The notes beneath the pieces were generated by a model. It searched no databases. It was given only the letters and a program-made list of their open reading frames with translations, and was not told the DNA's origin. The translations under genes and the position numbers were made by a program. From NCBI GenBank assembly GCA_004764695.1, contig SMSO01000007.1:124001-188000 (forward strand): a stretch of DNA of 64,000 nt. Direction: 5' to 3'. The stretch is from Schizochytrium sp. TIO01 (lineage: Eukaryota; Protista; Bigyra: Labyrinthulomycetes). Positions 1 through 11,684 of this stretch are shown here, piece by piece; position 1 is the first letter of the stretch, and each line of letters opens with the position of its first letter.

Positions 1-2335
1 AGATTAAAAGAAAGTAGGTTGTAAGAATTAGTATGAACAGTGTACTGGAGGAGAATAATTATATAGGAAGAAGAGGTAATGAACTGGTGTTCAAGTGATG
101 ATGCCGAATCTTATAAACTCTTTTCTGAACAAGATTCCTCATCTTAATATATAGTATTCTATTGTATGCTTAATTTCGAATGTAATCAATTGTCCTTATT
201 ATTCGATCTGCTAGAAACTCCAACTCTCATCGGCTACAGATTAGCTAGCAAGTAATTGAGAAGTCAAGGTTCTCACAGAGAAGGCTTTTGGTGGCTTTGC
301 TGAACTAAAATGCTAGATATAGCGATATTTTGACCTTTGAGTTTATTGTTTCGTATATAATCTAAAATATCAAGGCGGTATTATTTGTATTGCGCAGAGT
401 TGAAGAACATGCGTCCATACCTCGAACGTCTTTTGTTTGGCAAGATCATCCGTCCAGAAGACATGAAAAATAAGCTTTAAGGGTGATGCTTCTTGGTTTA
501 CTTATGTTGTTGACTACAGAGATATACCACCAACAGGCTAACGACATTGTATTTTAACAATATAATTCTTGAAGAGGCTCAATTGGACTTGTCTCCTCAG
601 TGGTCGTATGCTGGCATTTACATTATAAATGTATTATATTCTTTGATATTTGCAAGACTTGCGCAAGGCAAGACGCCACAGGAGAAAATAAAATAAACAA
701 TCACTTGCTAACGCTGACTGAGATTCCCGCATAAAATAAATTGCCAGGGGTTCATTGCGAAAATAAGCAATTCACCACCTGCCTGGTTGCTTGTCACTAG
801 GCTGCGAAGACAAAGTATTTCAAAATTAACCTCACCAAGACGAGAGTCTTTCAAATTGCTGCTTCCATTGCTTAGCGTGGGTGAGCCAAAGGGCCATTTT
901 AAGAGCGCAAGGTTAGAAGTCGATCCTAAGGGTTGGTTGTATTTGCACAACTTTCTCTTCCTTTATATCATTCATCCATCAGGGCCACCAAAGGTCTTGA
1001 GGTTCCACAGCCCTAGCAGTAGAGGTAAGGAGTTGACTTTTGTTTCTCGCTGCTTTCACGTGAGAAACGGGCTGTGCTATTACAATCTAAGTGTATTCAT
1101 CGAAAAGTCACCCCGATCGCCAGCATTGGTTCACCAGCTCCTTTTTCTTCATCGTCTCGTCTCCAGTCAGATCTAATTTGATCTCCTGGTCAATTCAGGA
1201 TGACGTCTCGCTAGTCAAAGCTCGCTTTCCCTAACCGTCAGATTCGCCATAACAGGTAACAGCGATTCAACCGAGTTCCAGTCATGATCGTAGCGCCCCC
1301 AAAGCAGCGTCCAAAAACAGCGATACATCATCGGTGACCCTCACAGAAGTTATTGATAAAACGAAGCACTTTTAAAGATTCATAGGCCTTGCTAGTACTT
1401 CCGGACTCCTATCCACTGCTGGCTAGCTTTTCGATTTATCACATGATCATTGAATGTAAAGGTTCCCCAAAACGCGCAGTTTCAAGTTGGCCTTTTGTCT
1501 CTTTTGTTTCTTTTGTTTCTTCCCTCTCAAAGTTCGCCCTTTTGCAGATCTTCGAAGTTCTTTCTGACGGAGTCGGTACTTCGCTAGTAGAGAGAGACAC
1601 CTGAGCGAGTTCTTCTGCACGTCGTTGCGGCTCCTTCGCTTCGCTTACGAGGCTCCAAGCCCAAGTGTTCATGCTTGGACGGCATGAATAGATCGATCGT
1701 TCAACGCGCCAGAGGCTTTGCCGGAAAAGCAGACGGTACAGCAGCGCTTCGAAGTTGTTTCCCTCAAAACTTCATTCGTTAACGCGCACAGAAACTAAAA
1801 CGACTTGTTGGTTTATTATTTTTTATTTTTTAAAATAATTATTATTTTTTTAAATAAAAAAAGGTACCTTAATTAAAATGACCGATGACGTAACGGTAAC
1901 CACGTTTCCTGGAGCCCTTCGAAGGTGCCACTCAGCTCAACGATAACTGTCTCTGTCTCTGTGGAAGGAAGCGCTTAAAGCTCGAATTTAATTTGTTGCC
2001 GCGTTTAGTCCTTCAGGACTCAGGATACCGTTAGATTGTTAGATTGATTTGATTGGATTTCTCATCCCTCAACGGGCCCCCGTGCTACTGTTTAAGCTAA
2101 GCACGCTCTAGGCAGTTCAGAGACAAATTATCTTTGGCAAAAGAAAGAAAGCACAAGAGCCCAAAATCTCAGAGACCAGAAAGTCCAACGTACGCTAACC
2201 GCTCTGACGGCTCGGCCTTCTTGCAGGCAGGCCGACTACAGAGCCTGCTATGTGCTCCTTTGGCGCCTTCTTCTGCCCCGAGGCCGTTGCTGTCTTCTGC
2301 CTTTGGTACTCTTCCTTCGATCTCGCTGTTGCTTT

Positions 2336-2417
2336 GATCGATCGATTGATTGATTGATCGATCGATTGATTGATTGATCGATCGATTGACTGATTGACTG
2401 ATTGATTGATTGATTGT
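2336..2417. repeat. (GATT/GATC)n tetranucleotide microsatellite
   Basis: Direct reading: gatcgatcgattgattgattgatcg...; source of the SINQ/SIDR spurious ORFs. Confidence 0.9.
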
Positions 2418-2616
2418 TCACGTGTTTCCTTTTTTTGAGGGGCTGCTTTGGGCCGTGAAAAGATCTGTAGTGTGCGACTGAAGGGGGGTCTAAAAGCTAC
2501 AGAAGAGGTTTCTCCCACAGCTGTTAGAAGGCCAACGCGGTGCTGCTCTCTCTTCGTGGGGCGCCATTGACTCCGCCAACGTCAACTCCAAGGGCCTTTT
2601 CAACTACAGGTTTTCC

Positions 2617-2775
2617 ATCAAGCTTCAACTCATTCAAGCTTCAACTCATTCAAGCTTCAACTCATTCAAGCTTCAACTAATTCAAGCTTCAGTCATTTCA
2701 AGCTTCAACTAATCCACAAGCTTCAGTTATTTCAAGCTTCAGCTATTTCAAGCTTCAACTAATCCACAAGCTCCA
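2617..2775 (+). repeat. 16/18-bp minisatellite, 10 copies (TCAAGCTTCAACTCAT-like)
   Basis: AAGCTT cores start at 2620, 2636, 2652, 2668, 2684, 2700, 2718, 2734, 2750, with AAGCTC at 2768. Confidence 0.92.
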
Positions 2776-4371
2776 AATGGTTATTCAAGACTCAGCAAGC
2801 ATCTTCAAAAGACCGAGGCGCATACATACCCACTCGAATAACCTGCGCAAAAAATCCGACTTGAACAACTTCAGGGTGCCTAAGGAGAAAGAAAGCATTG
2901 GGTCTCGAGCGCTCGTGAGACTGGACATCTTAAAATCTTGCAGCGACGACCTCAATTCGTATGGCGCCCCTGCCGAACCAGGAGATAGATCTAGCTCAAA
3001 GAACCCCAATCGCGCTTATTCTCAAGATCGGCGGTGCAATCGTTCAATTCCAAGACTTCAATCGATCCTAAAAGGAGCCCAACTCGAAGGCGTTCTTCTC
3101 TCCCAAAGAAAGCCCTTTCGTACGCCACAAACGAGACAGAAACCCGCCTGACCCCTCACCTTAGCCACCTTTGAGAGGCCCATTCATCCTTTCCCTCATT
3201 AAAAAAACAAAAAAACAAAACTACAAAAAAAATTCTCCATCGATCCTAAGTCTCTTCTTCATTGCTATTTCCATCTATTTTAAAATTAAAATTAAAATTA
3301 AAATTAAAGAGGAGTTTATATATATATATTTATTTTAAAAATAAAAATAAAAAAGGCCTATGCGGGAAAAGGGCCTAATGAACTTGATGGAAAGAAAGCC
3401 CTAATATGATGATGGGTCATTTTTATCGGCTGGAGAGCAGGATTCGACCCAAGCTCGAGGATAAGAGATCGACTTCAGGCGCCTGTGCGTCTTTCCTCTT
3501 ATCTGCGTGCCGAGAGCTCTGGCCGAGCACCGACAACAGAGAGAGAGCTGCAGTCATCGATCGCTCGAACCAATCGATATCGATGCAGACTCGTCCGTCT
3601 ATGGTTATTGGGGTCCGCTCTGTGCTTTGATGCGCCATTGATTGCTTTGCGATTCATACGTTAAATTACATCGCATTCGTGTTTGAGAGTGGATACGAAT
3701 GTAGATAAATAAATAAATAGAGAGAAGACTGGCGGAGAGAGGGTCTTTCATTTATTGTGCAAGGCTCAGCGGCAATCTCGCAGTGGAGGAGGACGGAGCA
3801 GAAAGAAGCGGCGTCGCCTGGAGAGCGATGCCTGCAAAGGCTTGAGCTCGAGTTTGCAGAAGGCAGGTCATGAAGAGAGCGCGAGGAAGGCCTTCGCGCA
3901 CAGCTTTTCATTTTGATTCGATGGTCTTCGGAAATACCCGCTTTTGCCTTTTTATGTCTGTTCGCTTTGAAGGAAAAGAAGAACAACACAGCTCAATCAG
4001 TTTTCCACCATTATTCCCCACAGTCGATCCCTAAGAGGGGGCGCGAAATGTCTTGGCCACGATCCCTCCCTTATAGCATCACCGGCTCACCTCCAGTGGA
4101 GGGCAGTGGGGGCTGCGGAGGAATACTCCCACAGCCCTAACAGACCCCCATCACGCAGCGCCCCACTGCCTCTCCTCCACAACGGCCGTTGGAAAGACGC
4201 GAAAGACCTCCGCTCCTTTTTCGTCTCTGTCTCTGACTCTGTTTCTTCTGATTCTTGCTTTCCTTCTGTTTCTTTCTGCGCCTTTGGCTCTTCCGTTGCT
4301 GCTGAGGCCCTTTCCATGTGATAGGCTCTCTCCCGCTTTGCTTCTTCCAGCGCCTCTTCTCTCTCGATGCG

Positions 4372-4430
4372 ACAAACAAACAAACAAACAAACAAACAAA
4401 CAAACAAACAAACAAACAAACAAACAAACA
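4372..4430. repeat. (ACAA)n microsatellite
   Basis: About 14 perfect ACAA units. Confidence 0.95.
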
Positions 4431-5540
4431 GCGAAAGAAACAGCGAAAGATGGGCCTTTCCGGTAAAACGAAACAGAGCCTTCGCCGGTTCGCCGCCAAT
4501 TTCCCCCTCCCTCACAAATCGAGCTTCTCCCACTACCTACACCCTACCTACTGCATACGCTGGGAGTAGCGGCCCACTTTTTTTCTTTCTCCTTCGAGTC
4601 CCTCTTTAAAGGTTAAAACTTCTCTCATCTTTCTTTTTCTCTATAAATACCTTTTAATTTTGTATTTGAAAATAATCAGAATCATCGTAGCTACGGGTAA
4701 CAGTACAATGCAATAAGCTAAGTTGGGACTCTCTCTCTGTTTTTCCCCTCCCTTAGAATAAATAAGAGGGTCTGAGGCCGCCTGCGTTTTAGCTAGGTGG
4801 CCCTATAGGTGTGCTAGTCCAGCCGCTTTTTCCCTCGAGAGACTGTTGGCCAAGACGCTTCATGCTACGCGCCTGCCTTGAAGGCCTTTACAACCACTGC
4901 CGTGCATCGCCATTGCACCCATCGTTCGTCTCCCGTGCATGGCCTTCGAGCTTGAGCAACAGCTTTGAGTTGAAAGCGATGCTTCTGCGCCAACAGCGAA
5001 AGACAAAGGAAGGCTATTTCTTTCTTTCTTTCTTTCTTTCTTTTCTTTTAACTAATTAAAATAATAAATTAAAATCATATTTTAGTTGAAATGAAAAAAA
5101 ATGAGACATCAGAAGAGAAGAACTCAAAGAACCCTGCGCAGAATACAGAGCAGGAGCGGCCGAGCGCAGGGCTGAGAGCCGCCGCTACCCTGAGCCATGC
5201 AGCCTCAGTCCCAACCTCTCGGCTGGTGTGTGTGTATCGTTAATTATCATTGATCGTTTTGATTGTCTCGCGGCATCGCTTCGTTTCCCAAAGACTCTCT
5301 GTCTGTCTGTCTGTCTGTCTATCTTTCAGAGTCTTTCAGAGTCTTTCATTCGCACTTATCTGTCTTTCAGGCGCTCTTTCTCTCTCCTCAATAACGATAA
5401 CGAATCGCAGTGAGTGAGTGAGTGAATGAGTGAGGTATCAGTGGATGAATGGGCGACTGAACGAATGGATGAGTTGACTGCATTCGATCGATCGATCGAT
5501 CGATCTCGATCCCACCCAACTCTGCTCGAAGCGGTCCTCC

Positions 5541-5832
5541 CATTCATTCATTCATTCGCTTATTCATTCATTCGTTTTCTTGTTCATTCGCTTATTTTCA
5601 TTTGCTTATTCATTTTTGTTATTTTCATTCGCTTATTCGATTAATCATTCATTCACTCGCTTATTCATACATTCATTCGCTCATTCATTCACTCATGCGT
5701 TCACTCATTCGTTCACTCATTCATTCATTCGCTTATCCATTCATGGATTCTCTTCAATGGTCAACGAATCGATGTGAGATCGAACAATCAATCAACGACG
5801 TTGAACTCTCAACAACTTTCATTCATTCATTC
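5541..5832. repeat. Degenerate (CATT)n microsatellite tract
   Basis: Repeated attc/cattc/cgctt units; gives the FIHS spurious ORFs. Confidence 0.8.
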
Positions 5833-5876
5833 AACCTTAAACTCACTCCTTTTCTTTCTTCGTCTTGGAACGGCCA

Positions 5877-5926
5877 CAAGAACAAGAACAAGAACAAAGA
5901 AAGAACAAGAACAAGAACAAGAACAA
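5877..5926. repeat. (CAAGAA)n hexanucleotide repeat
   Basis: Direct reading. Confidence 0.85.
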
Positions 5927-6848
5927 CGCAACTCGAGCACAGAAAACCCCGTTCTTCGATCTCTCCCTCTCGCGCGGCAGAGCCCTCCTCCGCCCGCCCG
6001 GCTGAAGGAAGGAAGCAAGCAAGCGAGCGAGCTAGCTAGCTCGCTGGCAGCCAGGCAGGCAGCCCGCCGCCCCCTCTCCTGGCACGAAGGAAGGAAGGCA
6101 GGCGCGAGAGCTTCCCGTTCTGGCATTTCATTTTCGCGCGTCCCATTCATTCATTCATTCATTCACTCATCCATCCATCCACATCCATCCACATCCATCC
6201 ATCCGCACAACCCGCCGCCGCCGCTGCCGGACGAGCAGCGAGGCCGCAGCGGACGGGGAGGACTGCGGCGAGGCCGCTCTCCGCCGCCTGGAGACGCGAG
6301 CAGCAGCCGCTTCAGCCGCCGTCCCAGCCCCACCCCAGCGCCCGCCGAGCACGTTGCCCCAGAAAGGAGGCGGCGCACACGAGAGAGAGAGAGATAGGGA
6401 AAAAGAGGAGCGTGAGTGCTAGCTTTTGCGGTAGCCGCCGCTAGCGCCCCAATTGAGGCTGGGGCTCGTACGGAGACGCGCGCTTAGACTGCCGGCGTTT
6501 CGTTTGGTGCATTTGAGACGGAGAGAGATCGCTCGCTTTTGCTTGCTTGCTTGCTTTGTTATCTATCTGTGGCTGGTTATTGTTGCTTGGTCTTTTGTTG
6601 AAGAACTAGCGCGTGGCGGAGATTGGGGACGAAGCAGTGCAGACTGGCTGGCGTGACGCAGGTGCTTGCTTGCATGGACGTGCTGCAGATCTCTGAGTGG
6701 ATTGGTGTAATAATTGATTGATTGACTGGAGTGAGCAAGTCTAGCTACCTGAAAGCTTGCTAATTGTAAGAGGACGGATCGATTGTGGGGCGACGACGAC
6801 CTTCGCGTTATCGGTGATTTGGGTTCATTGTCTGTTGGATTGGGGACC

Positions 6849-6890
6849 GAGTGCGTGAGTGCGTGAGTGCGTGAGTGCGTAAGTGCGTGC
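6849..6890 (+). repeat. (GCGTGAGT)n 8-bp tandem repeat; units contain the 5' splice-site consensus GTRAGT
   Basis: GTGAGT at 6855, 6863, 6871 and GTAAGT at 6879. Confidence 0.8.
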
Positions 6891-7316
6891 CTCAGGGCTT
6901 GGCTTCATTAGCGGCGCGAAGGGAAAAACCTGTCGTCTCTGCAGCGCAGCGTGGGAAAAATTGCAGTGGGGGTGCACGGGGTTTCATTTTGGAGTGGCTC
7001 CTTTTGCCAACATACTAGGTTCGCATTAGTTTGCACCGTGTGCTTTGCTCCGAATTCTGACTAGTACGTACCTAGCACTACTTGTTTTGCTCTGCTTGCT
7101 TATTTGCTTATTTGCTTGTTTGCTTGCTTGCTTGCTTTGCTTTGCTTTGCTTTGCATTGCTTACTTACCTACGAACCTACCTACCAATAGGTCAATCACA
7201 CGGCTGGAAATTTTCGGGGGCAAGGATCTCTGGACGCACCTAGTTCCTTCCTAAAGTAGCTAGCTAGCAGCAGCTGGGTGATGCTGGCAGTGCTAGGGAG
7301 ACGTAGTAGAATCAGG

Positions 7317-8624
7317 ATGAACGATTTAGACCACGAACTGGAGAACTGGCGAAGGCAAACTCGCATTCGCAACGGAGGCGACGTTCTCGTGGAACAGCAA
7401 CAACGGGAAGACTTGCAAACCCACATTGGCACAGAAACTTATCATTACCCTGCGGCAGGATACTCTGCATCGTCCGCGGCGTCCTCACTATCATCGAGCG
7501 TATCGTCCAACGATACAAACGATATTTCACCGCTCTCAGCTCCGCACGTGAACCTTGACATCTCGCCACGGGAGGCTTTGAGACCAAAACCCCATCTCCA
7601 ACAGCGATCAAACCAGCAAACCGAAGCAGGAATTTGCTCAACTCGACACAACATCATGATCACCGCACAACGTGCCACGGATGCAACTCCGCAGGGAACT
7701 GCGTGCTACGGAAGCCATGGCGCATGGCACGCTTACTCTGCCGGGAGTTCCCGAGACTTTTCTTCGCCAGGAAGCCATTCGAGCTTTGTTATGTCTTCAG
7801 GCTCATCGACTTGGTCCACACCAAACCACACAAACCAGAAGTTTCACAGTACACAGCAACCTGGTTCCTCTCAAGGAACACCTTGCTTTCGCCGCCAGCG
7901 CTTCACACAGCACAAGCAGGAACAGGAACAGGAACAGACGTCCTCCTCTTCGTTTTCATCATCTTCGTCTTTCTCACCCTCAACCACTTGGTTAGCTGCA
8001 TCGGAATCCACTAAAACGCAGCAACAAAGCTCAACAAGGAGCACCATGTCTCACGACCCCTTCAGCACACCTGCTCAACAGCAGTCCTCACTATGCGCAC
8101 GTGATCAAGGGATCCTTGCACCTGTAAACCCCAACCGCAACCCGCCTCAACCCTTGGCACGCCGTCGTCTTATCAAACCTGTCGCCACCTTGGCAAACGC
8201 ACAAAACCAACCTCTTGATCGCCAGAAGCGTCGTCGAATCCAGCGGATTGTAAGCCTGGACAGTGATGACGAGGAAGACGAGGTTCCCGCTAACAACGGT
8301 GAGCGCTCACGTCTCACAATCAACACCAGTGCAGAAGTGTCAAGGAGCAACATGGGCAACAATAGCGACAGCGAGTCTTGGAGCTCTCCACAGGAACAAC
8401 GCAATGCTCTTGTTAACTCTAAAAATCTTTCTCGTCGTGAGATTTTGCGGCGCCAAATGCGCGTCGAGCTGACGCCCGAGGCGAGCGAGGCAAGGGTTGC
8501 CCACGCTCAAGAATTGCAGCAATCCTCCTCGACGATGTCATCTGTATCTTTTTCTACACATGTACAGTCCACTCTTTCAAGGTCCCGCCAAATTCAATTG
8601 CGATCCCGCCTGGGCCTTTCATGA
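7317..8624 (+). CDS. Hypothetical S/Q-rich, probably disordered protein (~435 aa)
   Basis: Long ORF 7278-8624; probable ATG at 7317 (MNDLDHELENWRRQ); basic cluster QKRRRIQR followed by acidic LDSDDEEDE; no recognised domain. Confidence 0.7.
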   Translation: MNDLDHELENWRRQTRIRNGGDVLVEQQQREDLQTHIGTETYHYPAAGYSASSAASSLSSSVSSNDTNDISPLSAPHVNLDISPREALRPKPHLQQRSNQQTEAGICSTRHNIMITAQRATDATPQGTACYGSHGAWHAYSAGSSRDFSSPGSHSSFVMSSGSSTWSTPNHTNQKFHSTQQPGSSQGTPCFRRQRFTQHKQEQEQEQTSSSSFSSSSSFSPSTTWLAASESTKTQQQSSTRSTMSHDPFSTPAQQQSSLCARDQGILAPVNPNRNPPQPLARRRLIKPVATLANAQNQPLDRQKRRRIQRIVSLDSDDEEDEVPANNGERSRLTINTSAEVSRSNMGNNSDSESWSSPQEQRNALVNSKNLSRREILRRQMRVELTPEASEARVAHAQELQQSSSTMSSVSFSTHVQSTLSRSRQIQLRSRLGLS

Positions 8625-9280
8625 TATTTCAATATCATCATCTTTTTCTAATTGCTCTCAGATCATCCAAAATCTTTAATATATGTATAGAATATGTGCA
8701 TTTTTTGCAAGACTGCTTTCCTTGATTTTCGCTTTGCAGAGACAAGAGTACCACGCTGTCTTGATTTCCTTTCTTTAAACCAAAAAGATAAGTTCATGAA
8801 CACTACTAGATAGTGTATGCTGTTGATTTGTTTCCAACACAAGACTCTGCCACTACGCCAAATTCTATCCAGTATGCACTGCGCAACAATTGTTGTCAAA
8901 GAGTAATATGATTTGACTTGAGTTTGGCCCCAAGTAGAAGGATTGGTAAGGGTAGTCTCTGACTGGTAAGAGTGAAAAGTTCTTGTACCAACAGATACAT
9001 ATTCATGAGGTCTAAAACTACTCTGCACTGTTTTTTACATTTAAGGACTTTATATATATATGTATGTATGTATATAGAGAGAGAGATTTGCTATTAATTC
9101 GTTGGAATGTGACTGTAGAAATCTTCAGAATGGAAAGAAAGATAGTAAACAGAAAGTTGAAAATACAAAAAGCATGTCACTCCAAAGACAAAGACAAAGA
9201 CAAGGCCAGGCAGAGGCATGCAATGGTATTTTAAGATTTGCATAAATCAACTTAAGACTAACTGTGGAGTAACGATAATG

Positions 9281-11684
9281 TCAAGCTGCAAGAGAAGCAT
9301 TCTTCGAGCGCTCGGCCTTCGCTTGCAAGGCCTCGAGCTGATTACGAGCCTGCAGGAGGTCACGCTGGAGACTCGCATTCTCGCGCTCAAGAGTATCAAC
9401 ACGATCACGAAGCTCGCTTGCGCTCATGTCATCTAAAATAACAGTCTTGAACACCTCAAAAATATCGCTCTCCTCGTTGACGTAATCGTTATCTACAATG
9501 TTGACGAGAAACCACGTGTCGTGGATCGTCCGCAGTAAACGTGAAGCTTGGGCTTCTTGGCTAGATTGACTGAGCCCATTTGAAGGCGTGTAAATAGCCG
9601 CCCACTGAGAAAGCCAAAGCTCAAAAGCCTCTGCTTTCCAAACACGAAAACTTTCTGTATCTACGACGGTGGGCTGAATAATCTCGCGTCCAGGGAACAC
9701 GCCCCAAGTCACAGCATTCACGCGGCCAGGCCTTGCTGCCTGTGCCTCTACTAACTCATCTGCGAATGATGGTTTGCGGCGGGATGCATTGGAGGTAGCA
9801 CTTTCGGGTTCCTTGCCTTCTCGGTCTACCTTGTCGGCATCTAAAAACTCATCCCCGGCGATATTAATAGCATGGTAAGATAAACGTCCTGATGGTAACG
9901 CATCGATACAGCTACGCAGCTTGAACCATAGTTCTGGCGAGCAAAAAAACTCAACATAGGCTTTTTGAAAACAAACTCCATCTGCACCACCCCAACCATA
10001 TTTTGAGCTACTTGAGGAGACACCATTAACCTTTGGTTGACTGTTGATTGTTAGGAACCCGTTGCGATTGATCCAGCACAAGCCCTCTGAAATGGTCTCA
10101 GTCTCTGCGGCAAGCTGCTGGTCGCACCAGGGAAGCGTGCTAATTTCACCTCGCATATACTTTACAAAAACGGATGCGACATCTGAAGGTTTCTGTGGCA
10201 CGCCCCATATTTCCCGCAAATCAAGATCTGAGCGCTCCTTCTCTGCCAGGTAGTAATCCCCAAGCTCAAAAGTGGCTGCGCTTCGAGCATCGCCCCAGCG
10301 TCCATTCGGAAACTCTGACCAGGCTGACGTACGGGAAAGGTAGCTTGAGTGACGGTACGCCCAAAAGATGGGACGTACCTCTTCTTGCTCCCGCGCAAGC
10401 CCTCGCCAAGGCAGTTGCCGTGGCTGCGTTCGAGCGTCTCGTAATTTCAGCTTTTGTAGGATGCTCGCTACGGCGCTGGCGAGGTTCAATGTGTAAAAAT
10501 GGATTGCGTGCACATCTCTGCGGAGGAGCGCCCCAATCTGTTCAACTGCAACATCAACGCCATACGCTTGCACTCTTTCATCGTCGTCTTTAATCTCCTT
10601 GAGCCTATTCTCGATGCGGGCCGGTACTTGCGGTCTAGCCCAAGACTTGAACCGCTGAAATGATGAGTAGTTTTGAATCGGTGCGTAGCCAGGGATGATA
10701 GGTACTGAGATACCCTTCTCAATGCATCGCTCGCGAAACTTGAGGAAGACGTCAGAGTCGTAGAAGAACTGAGTAATAATAAAGTCCGCACCGGCATCAA
10801 CCTTGTCTTTCAGACGAATTAAGTCCTGTTCTCGAGCCTGATCACTTGGTGGAAGATAAGGAGAATTCCAGCTGCTCGTATGAACCTCAGGATAACCTGC
10901 TACGCCAACGCAAAAGTAATCTCCATGCTCAGCACGAATCAAGTGAACTAGCTCGATAGCGTTTTTGAATCCATTTGTGACCGCGCGCCAGCCCGTGTGC
11001 TGCGAGGAGTTAGCTTGAGCATTTGTTGACCCCGTTGTGCTTGTCCCTGACGTAAAATGAGCTGCATCGCCACGAAGGGCTAAAATGTTCCGAATGCCCG
11101 CCTTACGAGCATTCTGGAGCACCCGTACGAGGTCCTCTCGTGGCAGGTGGCAAGTAAGGTGCAACAGAACTACAATGCCGAGTTGTTTTTGTACAATCGA
11201 ACCTATCTTGAGCCATACGTCTTCGTTCTTAAAGGATGAACGCCACGTGAGTGTAATAAAGGTCGGCTGTAAGGCCTCACCCATCTCTGCAATCCGCTGG
11301 ATCAGCTTATCTGCGCCATCTTCGCTCTGTACAGACCATGTAGATCCAATGAAATATTGTGAGTGAAAACCCCGTTGTCACGAGTCATGTCAGTCATTCG
11401 TTTGTTTTACTTAAGAGCCCAAAGAGACCTTTGAAGGTCTTCAGATGCAGCCCATCTCTGAGGGGTGAAATTCGCGCCGGTTTTAGCAACTTTGCGACTT
11501 TGCTCACATCAAGTCTCGTCTCCAGAGGCCTTCAGGTCAATCTTGTCATACATTTCATCTGCAGCACCTCTGTTGCTGCGAAGGTGCGTCTTTGCAAACA
11601 TACCTTTGTAGGGAAGAACTCGAAGGATACGCACGTCTCTCCCGCCCGGGCTTTGTCTTGCAGAAGCTGGCTAATCTTCACCAT
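9281..11684 (-). CDS. MTHFR: Methylenetetrahydrofolate reductase, eukaryotic type with regulatory C-domain (708 aa); exons 11684-11604 and 11326-9281
   Basis: Spliced N-terminus MVKISQLL...VSFEFFPTK|SEDGADKL; motifs HLTC, NILALRGD, VAGYPE, KVDAGADFIITQFFYD, HFYTLN, EFPNGRWGD, TINSQP, QKAYVEFF, NAVTWGVFPGREIIQPTVVD; 277-nt intron GTATGT...TACAG. Confidence 0.96.

Noticed and set aside
1-1700. Protein-like fragments in the first 1.7 kb (similar ones at 16200-17100 and 54000-54760)
   Set aside because: Many stops and no family motif I can name with confidence; may be old relics but cannot be supported by eye
2617-2775. CRISPR-like appearance of regularly spaced palindromic cores
   Set aside because: The period is only 16-18 bp, the intervening sequences are near-identical, there are no cas genes, and the context is eukaryotic
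4087-6397. ORFs with FVCL, TNKQ, FIHS or RTRT repeats
   Set aside because: These are translations of microsatellites, open in several frames on both strands
11480-11580. TPP riboswitch in the MTHFR intron (GGUGC...GACCUGA)
   Set aside because: Lacks the conserved CUGAGA and UAAU...GCG elements, and the gene is not thiamine-related
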